NCBI GenBank assembly: GCA_035947055.1
Contig: DASZKM010000099.1
Span: 1 to 40,005 of the forward strand
Direction: 5' to 3'
Length of the DNA stretch: 40,005 nt
Source of the DNA: Actinomycetota bacterium
GTDB lineage: Bacteria > Actinomycetota > UBA4738 > CALAEC01
The notes under the pieces are model-generated. The model had not been told where the DNA came from. It saw only the letters and a list, made by a program, of their open reading frames with translations, and made no database searches. Numbering within the stretch: position 1 is the first letter of the stretch; every line of letters starts with the position of its first letter. Shown here piece after piece: positions 10,179 through 18,717 of the stretch. A program made the position numbers and the translations under genes.

Positions 10179-11056
10179 GCGTCGATGCCGAGCGCCGCGG
10201 GCTGCTGGCCATGCTGGCCCCGTACCTCGTGGGCGTCGGCGTGCTCGTGCTCCTGCCCGCCGTCTTCACAGTGGCCATGGCGTTCTACGAGTACGACCTG
10301 ATCCGGCCTGGCGACTTCATCGGGCTGGTCAACTTCCAGGAGCTGGCCCGCGACGAGGTGTTCTGGATCGCGTTGCTGAACTCGCTGGGATTCGTCGCTG
10401 CCGCCGTTCCTCTTCGCCTGCTCGGGGCGCTGGGGCTGGCCCTGCTTCTCCACCGCCGGTTCCGCGGCGTCGGCGCGTACCGGACGGCGGCCTACCTCCC
10501 GACCGTGATCCCGGACGTGGCCTACGCGCTGCTGTGGCTGTGGATCCTGAATCCGATCTTCGGTCCGCTCAACCTGGTACTCGACGCGGTCGGGCTTCCC
10601 ACCTTCGGCTGGCTGGCGTTCCCCAACGCCACCCGGGCAGGGATCGTGCTGATGAGCGTGTTCACGATCGGCGAGGGGTTCCTGGTGGCCATGGCCACCC
10701 GCCAGGCCATCCCCGGTGAGCTGTACGAGCTGTCCGCGATCGAGGGAGCCGGCCCATGGCGCGTGTTCCGGACCGTCACCCTTCCGCTCATGGCTCCGGT
10801 CCTGCTGCTGCTCCTGCTGCGGGACACGATCTTCAGCTTCCAGGTCACGTTCGTCCCCGCGGTGGTGGTCACCGGCGGCGGGCCCGCTCCCTACGCCACG
10901 ACCTATCTGCCGCTGTTCATCTACCGGAACGCGTTCGAGTTCCTCCGGTACGGGTATGCGGCGGCGGCCACCGTGATCATGTTCCTGATCACGTTCGTGA
11001 TCGTGGAGGTCCAGGTCAGGATCATCCAGCGCTGGCGCCACGCGCTGATCGTCTGA
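10175..11056 (+). CDS. carbohydrate-type ABC transporter permease (MalF-like)
   Basis: ATGA overlap with the ATPase stop. Multi-TM. EAA loop ELYELSAIEGAGPWRVFRTVTLPLMAP. Confidence 0.85.
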   Translation: MSVDAERRGLLAMLAPYLVGVGVLVLLPAVFTVAMAFYEYDLIRPGDFIGLVNFQELARDEVFWIALLNSLGFVAAAVPLRLLGALGLALLLHRRFRGVGAYRTAAYLPTVIPDVAYALLWLWILNPIFGPLNLVLDAVGLPTFGWLAFPNATRAGIVLMSVFTIGEGFLVAMATRQAIPGELYELSAIEGAGPWRVFRTVTLPLMAPVLLLLLLRDTIFSFQVTFVPAVVVTGGGPAPYATTYLPLFIYRNAFEFLRYGYAAAATVIMFLITFVIVEVQVRIIQRWRHALIV

Positions 11057-11062
11057 GGGGAG

Positions 11063-11575
11063 CTACTTCTCCTTGAATCCCTCGAAGGGGTTCCGGCACG
11101 CCCGGCACCAGTGCTGGGTGCGGCACGGGGTGGGTCCCCATCCGGACTCCATCACGGTCTCCGTGCTCCCGCAGAACGGGCAAGGCACGCCGGAGACGTT
11201 CATCAGCGGGACGGTGACGGCCGAACCGGTCGCGCGGTCCCAGTGCGGGGCGATCCCGAAGTCGCGAAGCCTGGCTCGCCCTCGCTCCGTGATCCGGTCC
11301 GTGGTCCACGGCGGATCATGGACGAACCGCACTCGCACGTCGCGGTCCCCCGCCACGTCGCGCAGCGCCGCGGCGACGTCTCCGCCGATGATGTCCCGGG
11401 CCGGACAGCCGACGAACGTGGGGAGGAGGTCGACCTCGACGGCGTCGTCGGTGACGTCGAGGCGCTCCACCATGCCCAGGTCGGTCACCGAGCAGGCCGG
11501 GATCTCGGGATCGGGAACGCCCTCCAGCGCCACCCGCACCCGCTCTTCGACCGCGCTGGTCTCCGTCCTCACCAC
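11063..11575 (-). CDS. paaD: 1,2-phenylacetyl-CoA epoxidase subunit PaaD
   Basis: LEGVPDPEIPACSVTDLGMV, LPTFVGCPA and a C-terminal Cys cluster CPFCGS...C...WCRAC. The GTG start overlaps the paaC stop (GTGGTGA). The N-terminal extension in the track ORF is out of context. Confidence 0.8.
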   Translation of the reverse strand: MVRTETSAVEERVRVALEGVPDPEIPACSVTDLGMVERLDVTDDAVEVDLLPTFVGCPARDIIGGDVAAALRDVAGDRDVRVRFVHDPPWTTDRITERGRARLRDFGIAPHWDRATGSAVTVPLMNVSGVPCPFCGSTETVMESGWGPTPCRTQHWCRACRNPFEGFKEK

Positions 11576-12441
11576 GTCGCTCCCGGCACCGCCCGGTACA
11601 GGGAGGTCATCTCCTCCCACAGCTCGGTGAAGTCGTCGGTGTGCTTGCCGCGACGCCCACCGGCTCCGGCGAACTCCCCCACGTGGACCCACTTCCCGTC
11701 GCTGCGCTCGATCCCCGGCACGGACAGCGAGGGGCCCTCCTCGATCTCCCCCGAGGAGGTGGGGACCATCTCGCCGGCCGCCCGAGCGTGCTCGGTGAGC
11801 ACCCAGTCCAGCGTGGCCTCCTCCAGCTGCTGCCCCACGCGTCCCAGCCATTCGGCCAGAAGCTCCTCGTTCGATGCCGGCAGTACGCCGTCATCCACAA
11901 GGACCTTCTCGCCGGGGAGGGTCTCGAACAGGGCCATGGCCTCCCCCATCGCCGCCTCCAGGCCCTCGGCGAACCGCTGCCGGGCCTGCACCGGGCCCGC
12001 GGCCAGCCGGGAGAACCACTGCCGCGCGTGGTCCAGGTGGTACCGCTCCTCGAGGCGGATGGTTTTCACCGCCGCGGCCAGCTCGGCGAACGAGGAATCC
12101 TCCAGGGCGGCCAGCCGAACGTCGTCGGCCGTGTCGTACAGGTACTGGCGGGCGATCGTGTACCCCCAGTCGCGGTTGGGCCGCTCGCACAGGATCGCGT
12201 GGCGGTACTCCTCCGGACGGCGTCCCAGGGCCAGCGTGTCCGGATCCTTTCCCGCCAGAGGCTCGGCCAGCTCGTACAGAAGGCGGGCGTGGCCGATCTC
12301 GTCCTGGCCCAGCGAGGAGAAGGCCAGGTCCTCCTCCAGGTAGGGAGCCCAGCCCGTCCATTCTGAGTGCCGGTGGCCCAGTATCAGCTCGTCGTCGGCC
12401 ACCGAGAGCAACAGCGCGAGACGGGGATCCTGGTCAGGCAC
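11569..12441 (-). CDS. paaC: 1,2-phenylacetyl-CoA epoxidase subunit PaaC
   Basis: LLSVADDELILGHRHSEWTGWAPYLEEDLAFSSLGQDEIGHARLLY matches the PaaC ferritin-like pattern. The GTG at 12441 overlaps the paaB stop (GTGCCTGA). Confidence 0.8.
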   Translation of the reverse strand: MPDQDPRLALLLSVADDELILGHRHSEWTGWAPYLEEDLAFSSLGQDEIGHARLLYELAEPLAGKDPDTLALGRRPEEYRHAILCERPNRDWGYTIARQYLYDTADDVRLAALEDSSFAELAAAVKTIRLEERYHLDHARQWFSRLAAGPVQARQRFAEGLEAAMGEAMALFETLPGEKVLVDDGVLPASNEELLAEWLGRVGQQLEEATLDWVLTEHARAAGEMVPTSSGEIEEGPSLSVPGIERSDGKWVHVGEFAGAGGRRGKHTDDFTELWEEMTSLYRAVPGATW

Positions 12442-12793
12442 CGGCGGCCTCCCGTTGACGCGGGCCGTGGCCCGGCGGTCGCGGGCGGTCGATGACGACG
12501 CCGCGGGCGGCCATCTCCGCATGGACCCGCTTGAGCTTGGCACCCACCCCGACGTAGCCGTCCTGGCGCCGGTACTCCTTGCCGATCACCCCACCGATGC
12601 CGCCCGGATCCTCGCACTCGTGGACCGCGTCCTCCCCGCGGCGGCGCAACGCGAAGGTCGTCCCCTCGCCGTGGCGGAAGTGCGTCTCCCGTGCCAGCAG
12701 CATGGCCAGGTCGAGGTCCGGTGCATTGATCGATCCCACGGTCTCCCACGCGTCGCCGTCACGGCGGCGGGAAAGGACGTCCCACACGTGCAT
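12434..12793 (-). CDS. paaB: 1,2-phenylacetyl-CoA epoxidase subunit PaaB
   Basis: WEVF-like start (VWDVLSRRRDGDAWETVGSINAPD...ARETHFRHGEG). Its position between paaA and paaC fits. Confidence 0.8.
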   Translation of the reverse strand: MHVWDVLSRRRDGDAWETVGSINAPDLDLAMLLARETHFRHGEGTTFALRRRGEDAVHECEDPGGIGGVIGKEYRRQDGYVGVGAKLKRVHAEMAARGVVIDRPRPPGHGPRQREAAGA

Positions 12794-12801
12794 GGCTGAG
12801 G

Positions 12802-13719
12802 TCAGGCGGCGGCGTGAGGCACGCCGGCGAAGATGTCACGGACCCAGGCGTGGTGATCCCACATGGCCTTCCGCCACGACAGCCGCGTCTTGGTCATGGG
12901 CCCGTTGCCCCGGACCACCTGCCAGAACTCGTCCCAGCCGGGGTCCCCCCAGATCCACTCGCCCCGCTCCTCGTCGTAGCGGAGCTCATCGTCGGGAACG
13001 GAGATCCCGAGGTCCCACAGCTTGGGCACGTAGGTGGAGAAGAACTCCTGACGGAGATCCTCGTTCGACCGCGTCTTGATCCCCCAGTACAGGAGGACGT
13101 CCCGGTCGGGCTTCGACGGCGGCCCGAAGAAATGCATGATCGGGCTCCACCACCGGTTCACCGCGTCCTGGAACATCTCCCGCTGCTCGGGGGTCCCCGA
13201 GACGAGCTCGAGGGTCAGGTCCTCGCCGTGGCGGAGGTGGAGGGATTCCTCGGGGCAGATCCGGCGCATGGCCCGGATGTACGGCTCGTATGAGGACTCC
13301 AGCAGCGCCTTCTGGGTCACCAGCGCCGCGCCGTCGATCAGCCAGCCGATAACCGCCACGTCCCCCCATGACTCGGTGGGGTAGTGGAAGACGTTGTGGA
13401 ACTTGGTCCGGCCGTTGACCAGGTCGTCGAACATCTGCTCCCGGCTCTTCCCCAGATCCTCCGCCACCCGGTACAGGATCTGGGCGTGCCCCGCCTCGTC
13501 CTGGACCTTCGCAGTCAGGGAGAGCTTGCGGCGGAGAGTGGGGGCCCGGGGAATCCACTCCCGTTCGGGCAGACACCCCATGACCTCGGAGTTGGCGTGC
13601 ATCTCGATGAACGCCAGCAGCGACCGCCGGTACTCGTCGGGGAGCCACTCGCCGGCCTGGATCTTGTCGCCGGCGTCGATCCGGGCCTTGAACTCGTCGA
13701 CGCGCTCCGCGTACGTCAC
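12802..13719 (-). CDS. paaA: 1,2-phenylacetyl-CoA epoxidase catalytic subunit PaaA
   Basis: Near-collinear with E. coli PaaA as I remember it (WLPDEYRRSLL, HANSEVMG, RAPTLRRKLSLTAKVQDEAGH, VIGWLIDGAA, CPEESLHLRHGE). Confidence 0.9.
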   Translation of the reverse strand: MTYAERVDEFKARIDAGDKIQAGEWLPDEYRRSLLAFIEMHANSEVMGCLPEREWIPRAPTLRRKLSLTAKVQDEAGHAQILYRVAEDLGKSREQMFDDLVNGRTKFHNVFHYPTESWGDVAVIGWLIDGAALVTQKALLESSYEPYIRAMRRICPEESLHLRHGEDLTLELVSGTPEQREMFQDAVNRWWSPIMHFFGPPSKPDRDVLLYWGIKTRSNEDLRQEFFSTYVPKLWDLGISVPDDELRYDEERGEWIWGDPGWDEFWQVVRGNGPMTKTRLSWRKAMWDHHAWVRDIFAGVPHAAA

Positions 13720-13830
13720 GGCTCTATCTTCCCAGAACAGAGCCGAGACCGACCGAACGCGGCCTCAAGCTGCTCTCCGAAGGGCCCAAGGCGCTCGGCC
13801 GAGCCCACCATTCCTCCTGTGGGCCCGTGC

Positions 13831-13983
13831 TCAGCGGCTGCTCGGGGCGACCATCAGCTGCAGGCCCGCCCCCAGAACGATCAGGCCGAAGGGCAGCCCG
13901 ACCACCGTGACCGCCCCCAACGGCATGATCAGCATTCCGGCAAAGAACAGGCATGCACCCATCAAGAACCGAACGATCCTCAT
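13831..13983 (-). CDS. 50-aa two-helix hydrophobic membrane protein
   Basis: ATG at 13983 lies 6 nt after GGAAGGAG. The sequence is MRIVRFLMGACLFFAGMLIMPLGAVTVVGLPFGLIVLGAGLQLMVAPSSR. It appears only as the tail of the fused track ORF 13831-15102. Confidence 0.5.
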   Translation of the reverse strand: MRIVRFLMGACLFFAGMLIMPLGAVTVVGLPFGLIVLGAGLQLMVAPSSR

Positions 13984-13987
13984 CACA

Positions 13988-14028
13988 GGCTCCTTCCGCT
14001 CGCTTGCACCAGATGAGACGAAGGAGCC
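13988..14028 (-). promoter_or_regulatory. hairpin able to sequester the SD of the 50-aa membrane protein gene
   Basis: 9-bp perfect inverted repeat GGCTCCTTC (13988-13996) / GAAGGAGCC (14020-14028) with a 23-nt loop. The downstream arm on the minus-strand RNA is the SD itself. Confidence 0.3.
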
Positions 14029-14056
14029 GGCCGTCTGTGACACAACCTTCGGGGGG

Positions 14057-15025
14057 CTAGGCGTTCGGCCCGCTGGGACCGATGACGGTCCCCAGGTGAC
14101 GGAGCTTGTCCGGGTTGGAGATGGCCCGCACCGTCTGCACCAGGTCGTCGGCGATGTCCACCGTGACGGCGGCAATGACCCGGCCCTCTTCATCGAAGAA
14201 GAGCGCTCCGGGCTGCCCGTTGATGGTCGCGGTATGTATGCCCACAACCCCAAAGCGCTCGCCCGCCGTCGCGCCGCCAAGGAGGACCCGCGCCGCTCGT
14301 TCCCGTCCATGCACCGGCCGCGGGAACGCGGGACCCTTGCCGCCACCATCCGCGTACACGACGACATCGGCGGCCAGCAGATCGACGAGGCCCTTCGCGT
14401 CTCCGTTCGCCGCCGCGTCGAAGAAGCGTTGGGCGAGCTCCTCGCGGCGCTTCCGCGAGGCCTCGAAACGCGGCTTCTTGGCCTCGACCTGCCGCCGGGC
14501 ACGGACGGCGATCTGCCGGCAGTTCTCCTCGCTCTTTCCGACCACGGCGGCGATCTCGTCGTACCCGTAGTCGAAGACCTCGTGGAGCAGGAACACCGCG
14601 CGTTCGACCGGCGAGAGACTCTCCAACAGGACCAGGAACGCCATGGAGAGTGAATCCGCCGTCTCCGCATGTTGCGCCACGTCCGGCTCGGCATCCATGA
14701 GCACCGGCTCCGGCAGCCACGTGCCGACGTAGCGCTCCCGGCGGACGCGGGCCGAGCGGAGGTGATCGATGGCAAGTCGGGTGGTGATTGCCGAGAGGTA
14801 CGCCTTCGGCGAGTCGACCTTCGTTCCCTTCTCGGACTCACGGTGGAAGCGCAGGAACGCCTCCTGGACGATGTCCTCGGCATCGCTGGCGCTGCCCACC
14901 ATCCTGTAGGCGATGGAGAACAACAGAGGCCGAAGCCCCTCGTGGTGCTCAGCCACGTTCCCCTTCTTCGACGGGCCCGCCGCCATGATGCCACCCAAGA
15001 CGAAGTAGCGGCCGCCCTGTGACAT
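14057..15025 (-). CDS. sigJ: ECF sigma factor, SigJ/ECF41-like, with C-terminal SnoaL/NTF2-like extension
   Basis: Sigma-2 block DAEDIVQEAFLRF. The YVGTWLPEPV linker is as in mycobacterial SigJ. Sigma-4 block LSPVERAVFLLHEVFDYGYDEIAAVVGKSEENCRQIAVRARR. About 100 aa of extension follow. An alternative start is M14 (14986). Confidence 0.85.
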   Translation of the reverse strand: MSQGGRYFVLGGIMAAGPSKKGNVAEHHEGLRPLLFSIAYRMVGSASDAEDIVQEAFLRFHRESEKGTKVDSPKAYLSAITTRLAIDHLRSARVRRERYVGTWLPEPVLMDAEPDVAQHAETADSLSMAFLVLLESLSPVERAVFLLHEVFDYGYDEIAAVVGKSEENCRQIAVRARRQVEAKKPRFEASRKRREELAQRFFDAAANGDAKGLVDLLAADVVVYADGGGKGPAFPRPVHGRERAARVLLGGATAGERFGVVGIHTATINGQPGALFFDEEGRVIAAVTVDIADDLVQTVRAISNPDKLRHLGTVIGPSGPNA

Positions 15026-15034
15026 GTGCGCCCC

Positions 15035-15466
15035 CTACCGCTTCCTGGACCTCCCCTCGAGACGCCGCTCGATCCGCGCCAGCGCAGCCTGGATCTCGTC
15101 ATCGCTGTCCTTGGACTCCGCGCTCCCCTTGTGGATCAGCACCGCGGCCAGGACCACGAACGAGAAGAGCTGCAGAAACTCGGACTGCCAGTTCTCCAGG
15201 GTCGACTGCAGGAACTCGCTGACGAACTCCCCCGCCTCGACCCTCTCTCCGTGCTGGCGCTGCTCGGAGATGAACACCCGCCACTGGATCAGGCCCTGGG
15301 CCAGCCACGTGGCGAAGAACAGGGTGGCCAGCGAGATGCTGAGTCCGAAGTTCTTCCAGATCTTGCGGGCCCGCTCCTGCCGGATGCTGTATACGAGCGC
15401 GCCAACGAGATAGGCCGCGGCCCCAACGGTGATGACCAGGGAGATGACCAGCAGCGCCGTGCTCAT
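15035..15466 (-). CDS. DUF6766-like membrane protein
   Basis: ATG at 15466 lies 5 nt after GAAGGAGG. Hallmark ENWQSEFLQLFSFVVLAAVLIHKGSAESK. Confidence 0.65.
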   Translation of the reverse strand: MSTALLVISLVITVGAAAYLVGALVYSIRQERARKIWKNFGLSISLATLFFATWLAQGLIQWRVFISEQRQHGERVEAGEFVSEFLQSTLENWQSEFLQLFSFVVLAAVLIHKGSAESKDSDDEIQAALARIERRLEGRSRKR

Positions 15467-15578
15467 GTTGTCCTCCTTCGGGCTTGGGTTGCCTGCGTTG
15501 TTCTTCCCCACGGACCTCGAAAATCAAGCTCCCCGGGGGATGGGTAGACTCATCGTCGTACCCGACCAGGAGGACCGC

Positions 15579-17129
15579 ATGAGCCCCCAACAGCGCTACC
15601 AGCTCGTGATCGGCGGCAAGCTCACGGACGCCGCAAGCGGCGAGACGTTCGAGTCGATCGACCCTTCCACCGGCCAGGCGTTCGCCGAGGTGGCCCAGGC
15701 CGGGCCGGAGGACGTCAGGACGGCGGTCGACGCCGCCCGGAAGGCCTTCGACGAGGGCCCGTGGCCCAGGATGCGTGGCCGCGAACGTGCCAAGCACCTC
15801 CTCGCCATCGCCGAGGGGATCAAGAAGGCGGCCAAGGACCTGGCCGAGCTGGAGTCACGTGACTCTGGAGGAACCATCCGCAAGGCGAAGAACGCCGACA
15901 TCGGCATGGCCATCTCCACGTTCCGGGTGTTCGCGGAGATCGCCGGTCGGGAGGAGGACGAGGAGCCACTCCCCCGGACGCCCATCTCCTACAACTACGT
16001 GCGCCGCGAGCCCCTCGGCGTGTGCGCGGCCATCACCCCCTGGAACTTCCCGCTCCAGATGGCGGCGTGGAAGATCGCCCCGGCCATCGCGGCGGGGAAC
16101 ACCGTGATCCTCAAGCCTGCGTCCTACACGCCGCTCAGCTCGATCGAGGTGGGGCGTATCGCGCTCGAGGCCGGACTTCCGGAGGGCGTGGTCAACGTGC
16201 TGCCCGGGCCCGGCGGGGCGGTCGGCGAGGAGCTCGTCACCTCGCCGGACGTCGACAAGATCGCGTTCACGGGGTCCACCGAGGTCGGGCGGCGGATCAT
16301 GCAGCTCGCCGCGGGGACCATCAAGAAGGTCACGCTGGAGCTGGGCGGCAAGTCGGCCGCGGTCGTCACCGACGACGCCGACCTCGACTACGCCACCGAC
16401 GGCGCCCTGTGGGGCGTGTTCTTCCATCAGGGCCAGGTGTGCTCGGCGGGCACGCGCCTGCTGCTGCAGCGCAGTGTCCACGACCGGTTCCTGGCCGAGC
16501 TGGTGGACCGCGCGGAGCGGCTCACGGTGGGGCCGGCCCTGGACCAGGGCTCGGACCTCGGTCCCGTGGTCTCCCGAAGCCAGCTGGAGACCGTGGAGCG
16601 GTACGTCGAGATCGGTCAGAAGGAGGGCGCCGAGCTGGCGGTGGGCGGCGAGCGGGCCGCCGTGGACGGCCACGAGGGCGGGTTCTACTACCGCCCCACG
16701 ATCCTGTCGAAGGTCGAGAACAACATGCAGGTAGCCCAGGAGGAGATCTTCGGCCCCGTCCTCGCCGTCATCCCCTTCGAGGACGACGACGACGCCGTTC
16801 GCCTGGCCAACGACTCGATGTACGGACTGGCCGGCGCGGTGTGGTCCTCGAACGTTCCCCGGGCCATCTCGATCGCGGAACGGCTCCAGACCGGGACGGT
16901 GTGGATCAACGATTACCACATGATCAACCCGCGCTATCCGTTCGGGGGGTACAAGCAGTCGGGCATCGGCCGGGAGCACGGGACGTTCGGCTACAACGAG
17001 TACCGCGAGACCAAGCACCTGCACATCGACCTGGCGGGAGGCCGCGACAAACATCCCTGGTGGGACACGCTGCTCGCCCGGGAGTCGATGGGAAAGCCGG
17101 CGAAGGGGGACGCGTCGCCGGGAGCGTGA
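15579..17129 (+). CDS. NAD(P)-dependent aldehyde dehydrogenase
   Basis: ATG after CCAGGAGGAC. WNFPL, FTGSTEVG, ELGGKS and the catalytic QGQVCSAGTR are present. TAGACT at 15545-15550 is a candidate -10. Confidence 0.9.
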   Translation: MSPQQRYQLVIGGKLTDAASGETFESIDPSTGQAFAEVAQAGPEDVRTAVDAARKAFDEGPWPRMRGRERAKHLLAIAEGIKKAAKDLAELESRDSGGTIRKAKNADIGMAISTFRVFAEIAGREEDEEPLPRTPISYNYVRREPLGVCAAITPWNFPLQMAAWKIAPAIAAGNTVILKPASYTPLSSIEVGRIALEAGLPEGVVNVLPGPGGAVGEELVTSPDVDKIAFTGSTEVGRRIMQLAAGTIKKVTLELGGKSAAVVTDDADLDYATDGALWGVFFHQGQVCSAGTRLLLQRSVHDRFLAELVDRAERLTVGPALDQGSDLGPVVSRSQLETVERYVEIGQKEGAELAVGGERAAVDGHEGGFYYRPTILSKVENNMQVAQEEIFGPVLAVIPFEDDDDAVRLANDSMYGLAGAVWSSNVPRAISIAERLQTGTVWINDYHMINPRYPFGGYKQSGIGREHGTFGYNEYRETKHLHIDLAGGRDKHPWWDTLLARESMGKPAKGDASPGA

Positions 17130-17139
17130 ACGGTCGGCG

Positions 17140-18420
17140 CTAGCCGGCCGTCCGCTCTGCGGTTCGCCGTAACGTCTCCGGCATCCGGATCGCGGCGGCC
17201 AGCACGAACACGATCGGGACGGCCGCAGCCGCGAACGCCATCGCGAAGCCGCCCAGGTCGGCCACGAGGCCGGTGATGGCCGGGCCGAGGACGAAGCCCA
17301 CGTCGCCGGCGAACCGGAACAACCCCACCGCGGCTCCGCTGGACCGCTTGGGGGCCACATCGGCCACGATCGCGGCGGGAACCACGCCGGCGAATCCTGA
17401 GGCCACCCCCAGCGCGGCTAGCGTCAGAGCCAGCGACCACGGCTCGGTGGCCAGTCCCAGGATGGCGACCACGCCGACGAGCCCGGCCAGACCCGGCACC
17501 AGCGCCGCTTTCCTCCCCCGCACGTCGGCGGTCGTGCCCCCTCGCCACATCACCGCCAGCTGCCCCGCTGCCGCCGCCCCGAGGACCAGGCCGATCCCCG
17601 CTTCGGACAGGCCCACCTCGTCGCGAGCGAACAGGGGGACCAGGGTCAGCCTGACCGACCCCAGGACCCAGAACAGGACGGCGTTGGCGGCCAGCGCGGT
17701 GGCGAACCCGGGGATCCGCAGCAGGGCCCGGGCCCGCCCCCATGCCGCTGCCACGGGCCCCTCCGCCGTGGCCAGGACCTCCGCGGGCGTGCCGGCGGGA
17801 GGGTGCTCGTGTGCCGGGCGCACGGCGTCCGACAGGAATCGAAGTGTCAGGCCGGCGGAGATGAAACAGGCGGCCGCGTAGAACCACAACGGCGAGGCCA
17901 GGCCGAACGCCTCGGCGATCAGCCCGCCGATCGGCTGGCCCAGGCCCGTCCCCAGCAGGAACGACGCGAAGAAGAAGCTCATGGTCCGGGCCATCCGGTT
18001 CGGCGGCACGGAATGGATCAAGTAGCTCATCAGCGCGGCGAACAGGATCGAGGATCCTGCCCCGCCCAGAGCCCGGAACAGCACGAGCAGGCCGAACGAC
18101 GGTGCCACGGCGGCCAGGACCGACGAGACGCCGACCACCACCGACCCGAAGGTGGCCATCCGCCGTTCGCCGAACCGATCCGCCAGCGGCCCGGCCACCA
18201 GGTCGAAGGCCAGCCGGGCCAGGGCGAACGTGGTGTTCAGGAGTCCGACCTCGGCGGGCCCCACCCCAAACGACCGGGCGTATAGGGGAAGGACCGGCAC
18301 GATGAGGCCGAAGCCCAGCATCGTGACCATGGTCACGCCCACGGCCACCCGCACCGCGGGATCGGCGGCGGCCTCTCGGAGGGAGCCTCGTGAAGGGGCA
18401 GGCCGGGCCACGTCGCTCAT
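17140..18420 (-). CDS. MFS transporter
   Basis: 12-TM-like hydrophobic pattern with GPLADRFGERR (MFS motif A-like). The ATG at 18420 (MSDVARP...) is chosen because the upstream part of the track ORF runs through structured non-coding sequence. Confidence 0.8.
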   Translation of the reverse strand: MSDVARPAPSRGSLREAAADPAVRVAVGVTMVTMLGFGLIVPVLPLYARSFGVGPAEVGLLNTTFALARLAFDLVAGPLADRFGERRMATFGSVVVGVSSVLAAVAPSFGLLVLFRALGGAGSSILFAALMSYLIHSVPPNRMARTMSFFFASFLLGTGLGQPIGGLIAEAFGLASPLWFYAAACFISAGLTLRFLSDAVRPAHEHPPAGTPAEVLATAEGPVAAAWGRARALLRIPGFATALAANAVLFWVLGSVRLTLVPLFARDEVGLSEAGIGLVLGAAAAGQLAVMWRGGTTADVRGRKAALVPGLAGLVGVVAILGLATEPWSLALTLAALGVASGFAGVVPAAIVADVAPKRSSGAAVGLFRFAGDVGFVLGPAITGLVADLGGFAMAFAAAAVPIVFVLAAAIRMPETLRRTAERTAG

Positions 18421-18448
18421 GCTAGTGGCGGTCCGGGAGAGCCCGGCG

Positions 18449-18485
18449 GCAACAAAGACGGGACCCGGTCGCGAACGACCGGGCC
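18449..18485 (-). terminator. terminator-like hairpin (UUCG loop) in the MFS leader / downstream of the S15 hydrolase gene
   Basis: Minus-strand RNA is GGCCCGGUCG-UUCG-CGACCGGGUCC followed by CGUCUUUGUUG. Confidence 0.35.
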
Positions 18486-18524
18486 CCGAAAAAGCCAGAG
18501 GGGGACTGCCCGCGAATCCCCCTC
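18486..18524 (-). terminator. terminator-like hairpin with U-run
   Basis: Minus-strand RNA is GAGGGGGA-(11 nt)-UCCCCCUC followed by UGGCUUUUUC. Confidence 0.35.
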
Positions 18525-18717
18525 CTGGCACGTGCAGCACCCGAGCGCCCTCTCGAAGTGCTGCTTCCTGCCGGGCGTAACCCGGCAAGCTCAATTGCTC
18601 ACATGATTCGCCTTTCGCGCCCGAAAAGGAATGGCCCGGGGGGGCTATTTTCGGGGTAGTCACAAATGACTAGTCCCTCGGCCGCCAGGCCCGTCTTCGG
18701 GGGCAGGAAGCCGGCTC

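Noticed and set aside
13720-13830. Copy of the TetR operator (ACTGACC-N3-GGTCAGT) or a PaaR-type palindrome upstream of paaA, which would tie the 36800 TetR to the paa genes.
   Set aside because: The region contains only GACCGACCGAACGCGG, which lacks the ACTGACC/GGTCAGT arms. There is no convincing operator, so no regulatory link is claimed.
18563-18590. Possible guanidine-II (mini-ykkC) or other known riboswitch in the MFS leader.
   Set aside because: The hairpin loops read UUACG, an 11-nt loop and UUCG. None is the conserved ACGR tetraloop pair, and I recognise no other Rfam consensus by eye. It is kept only as a generic structured-leader finding.
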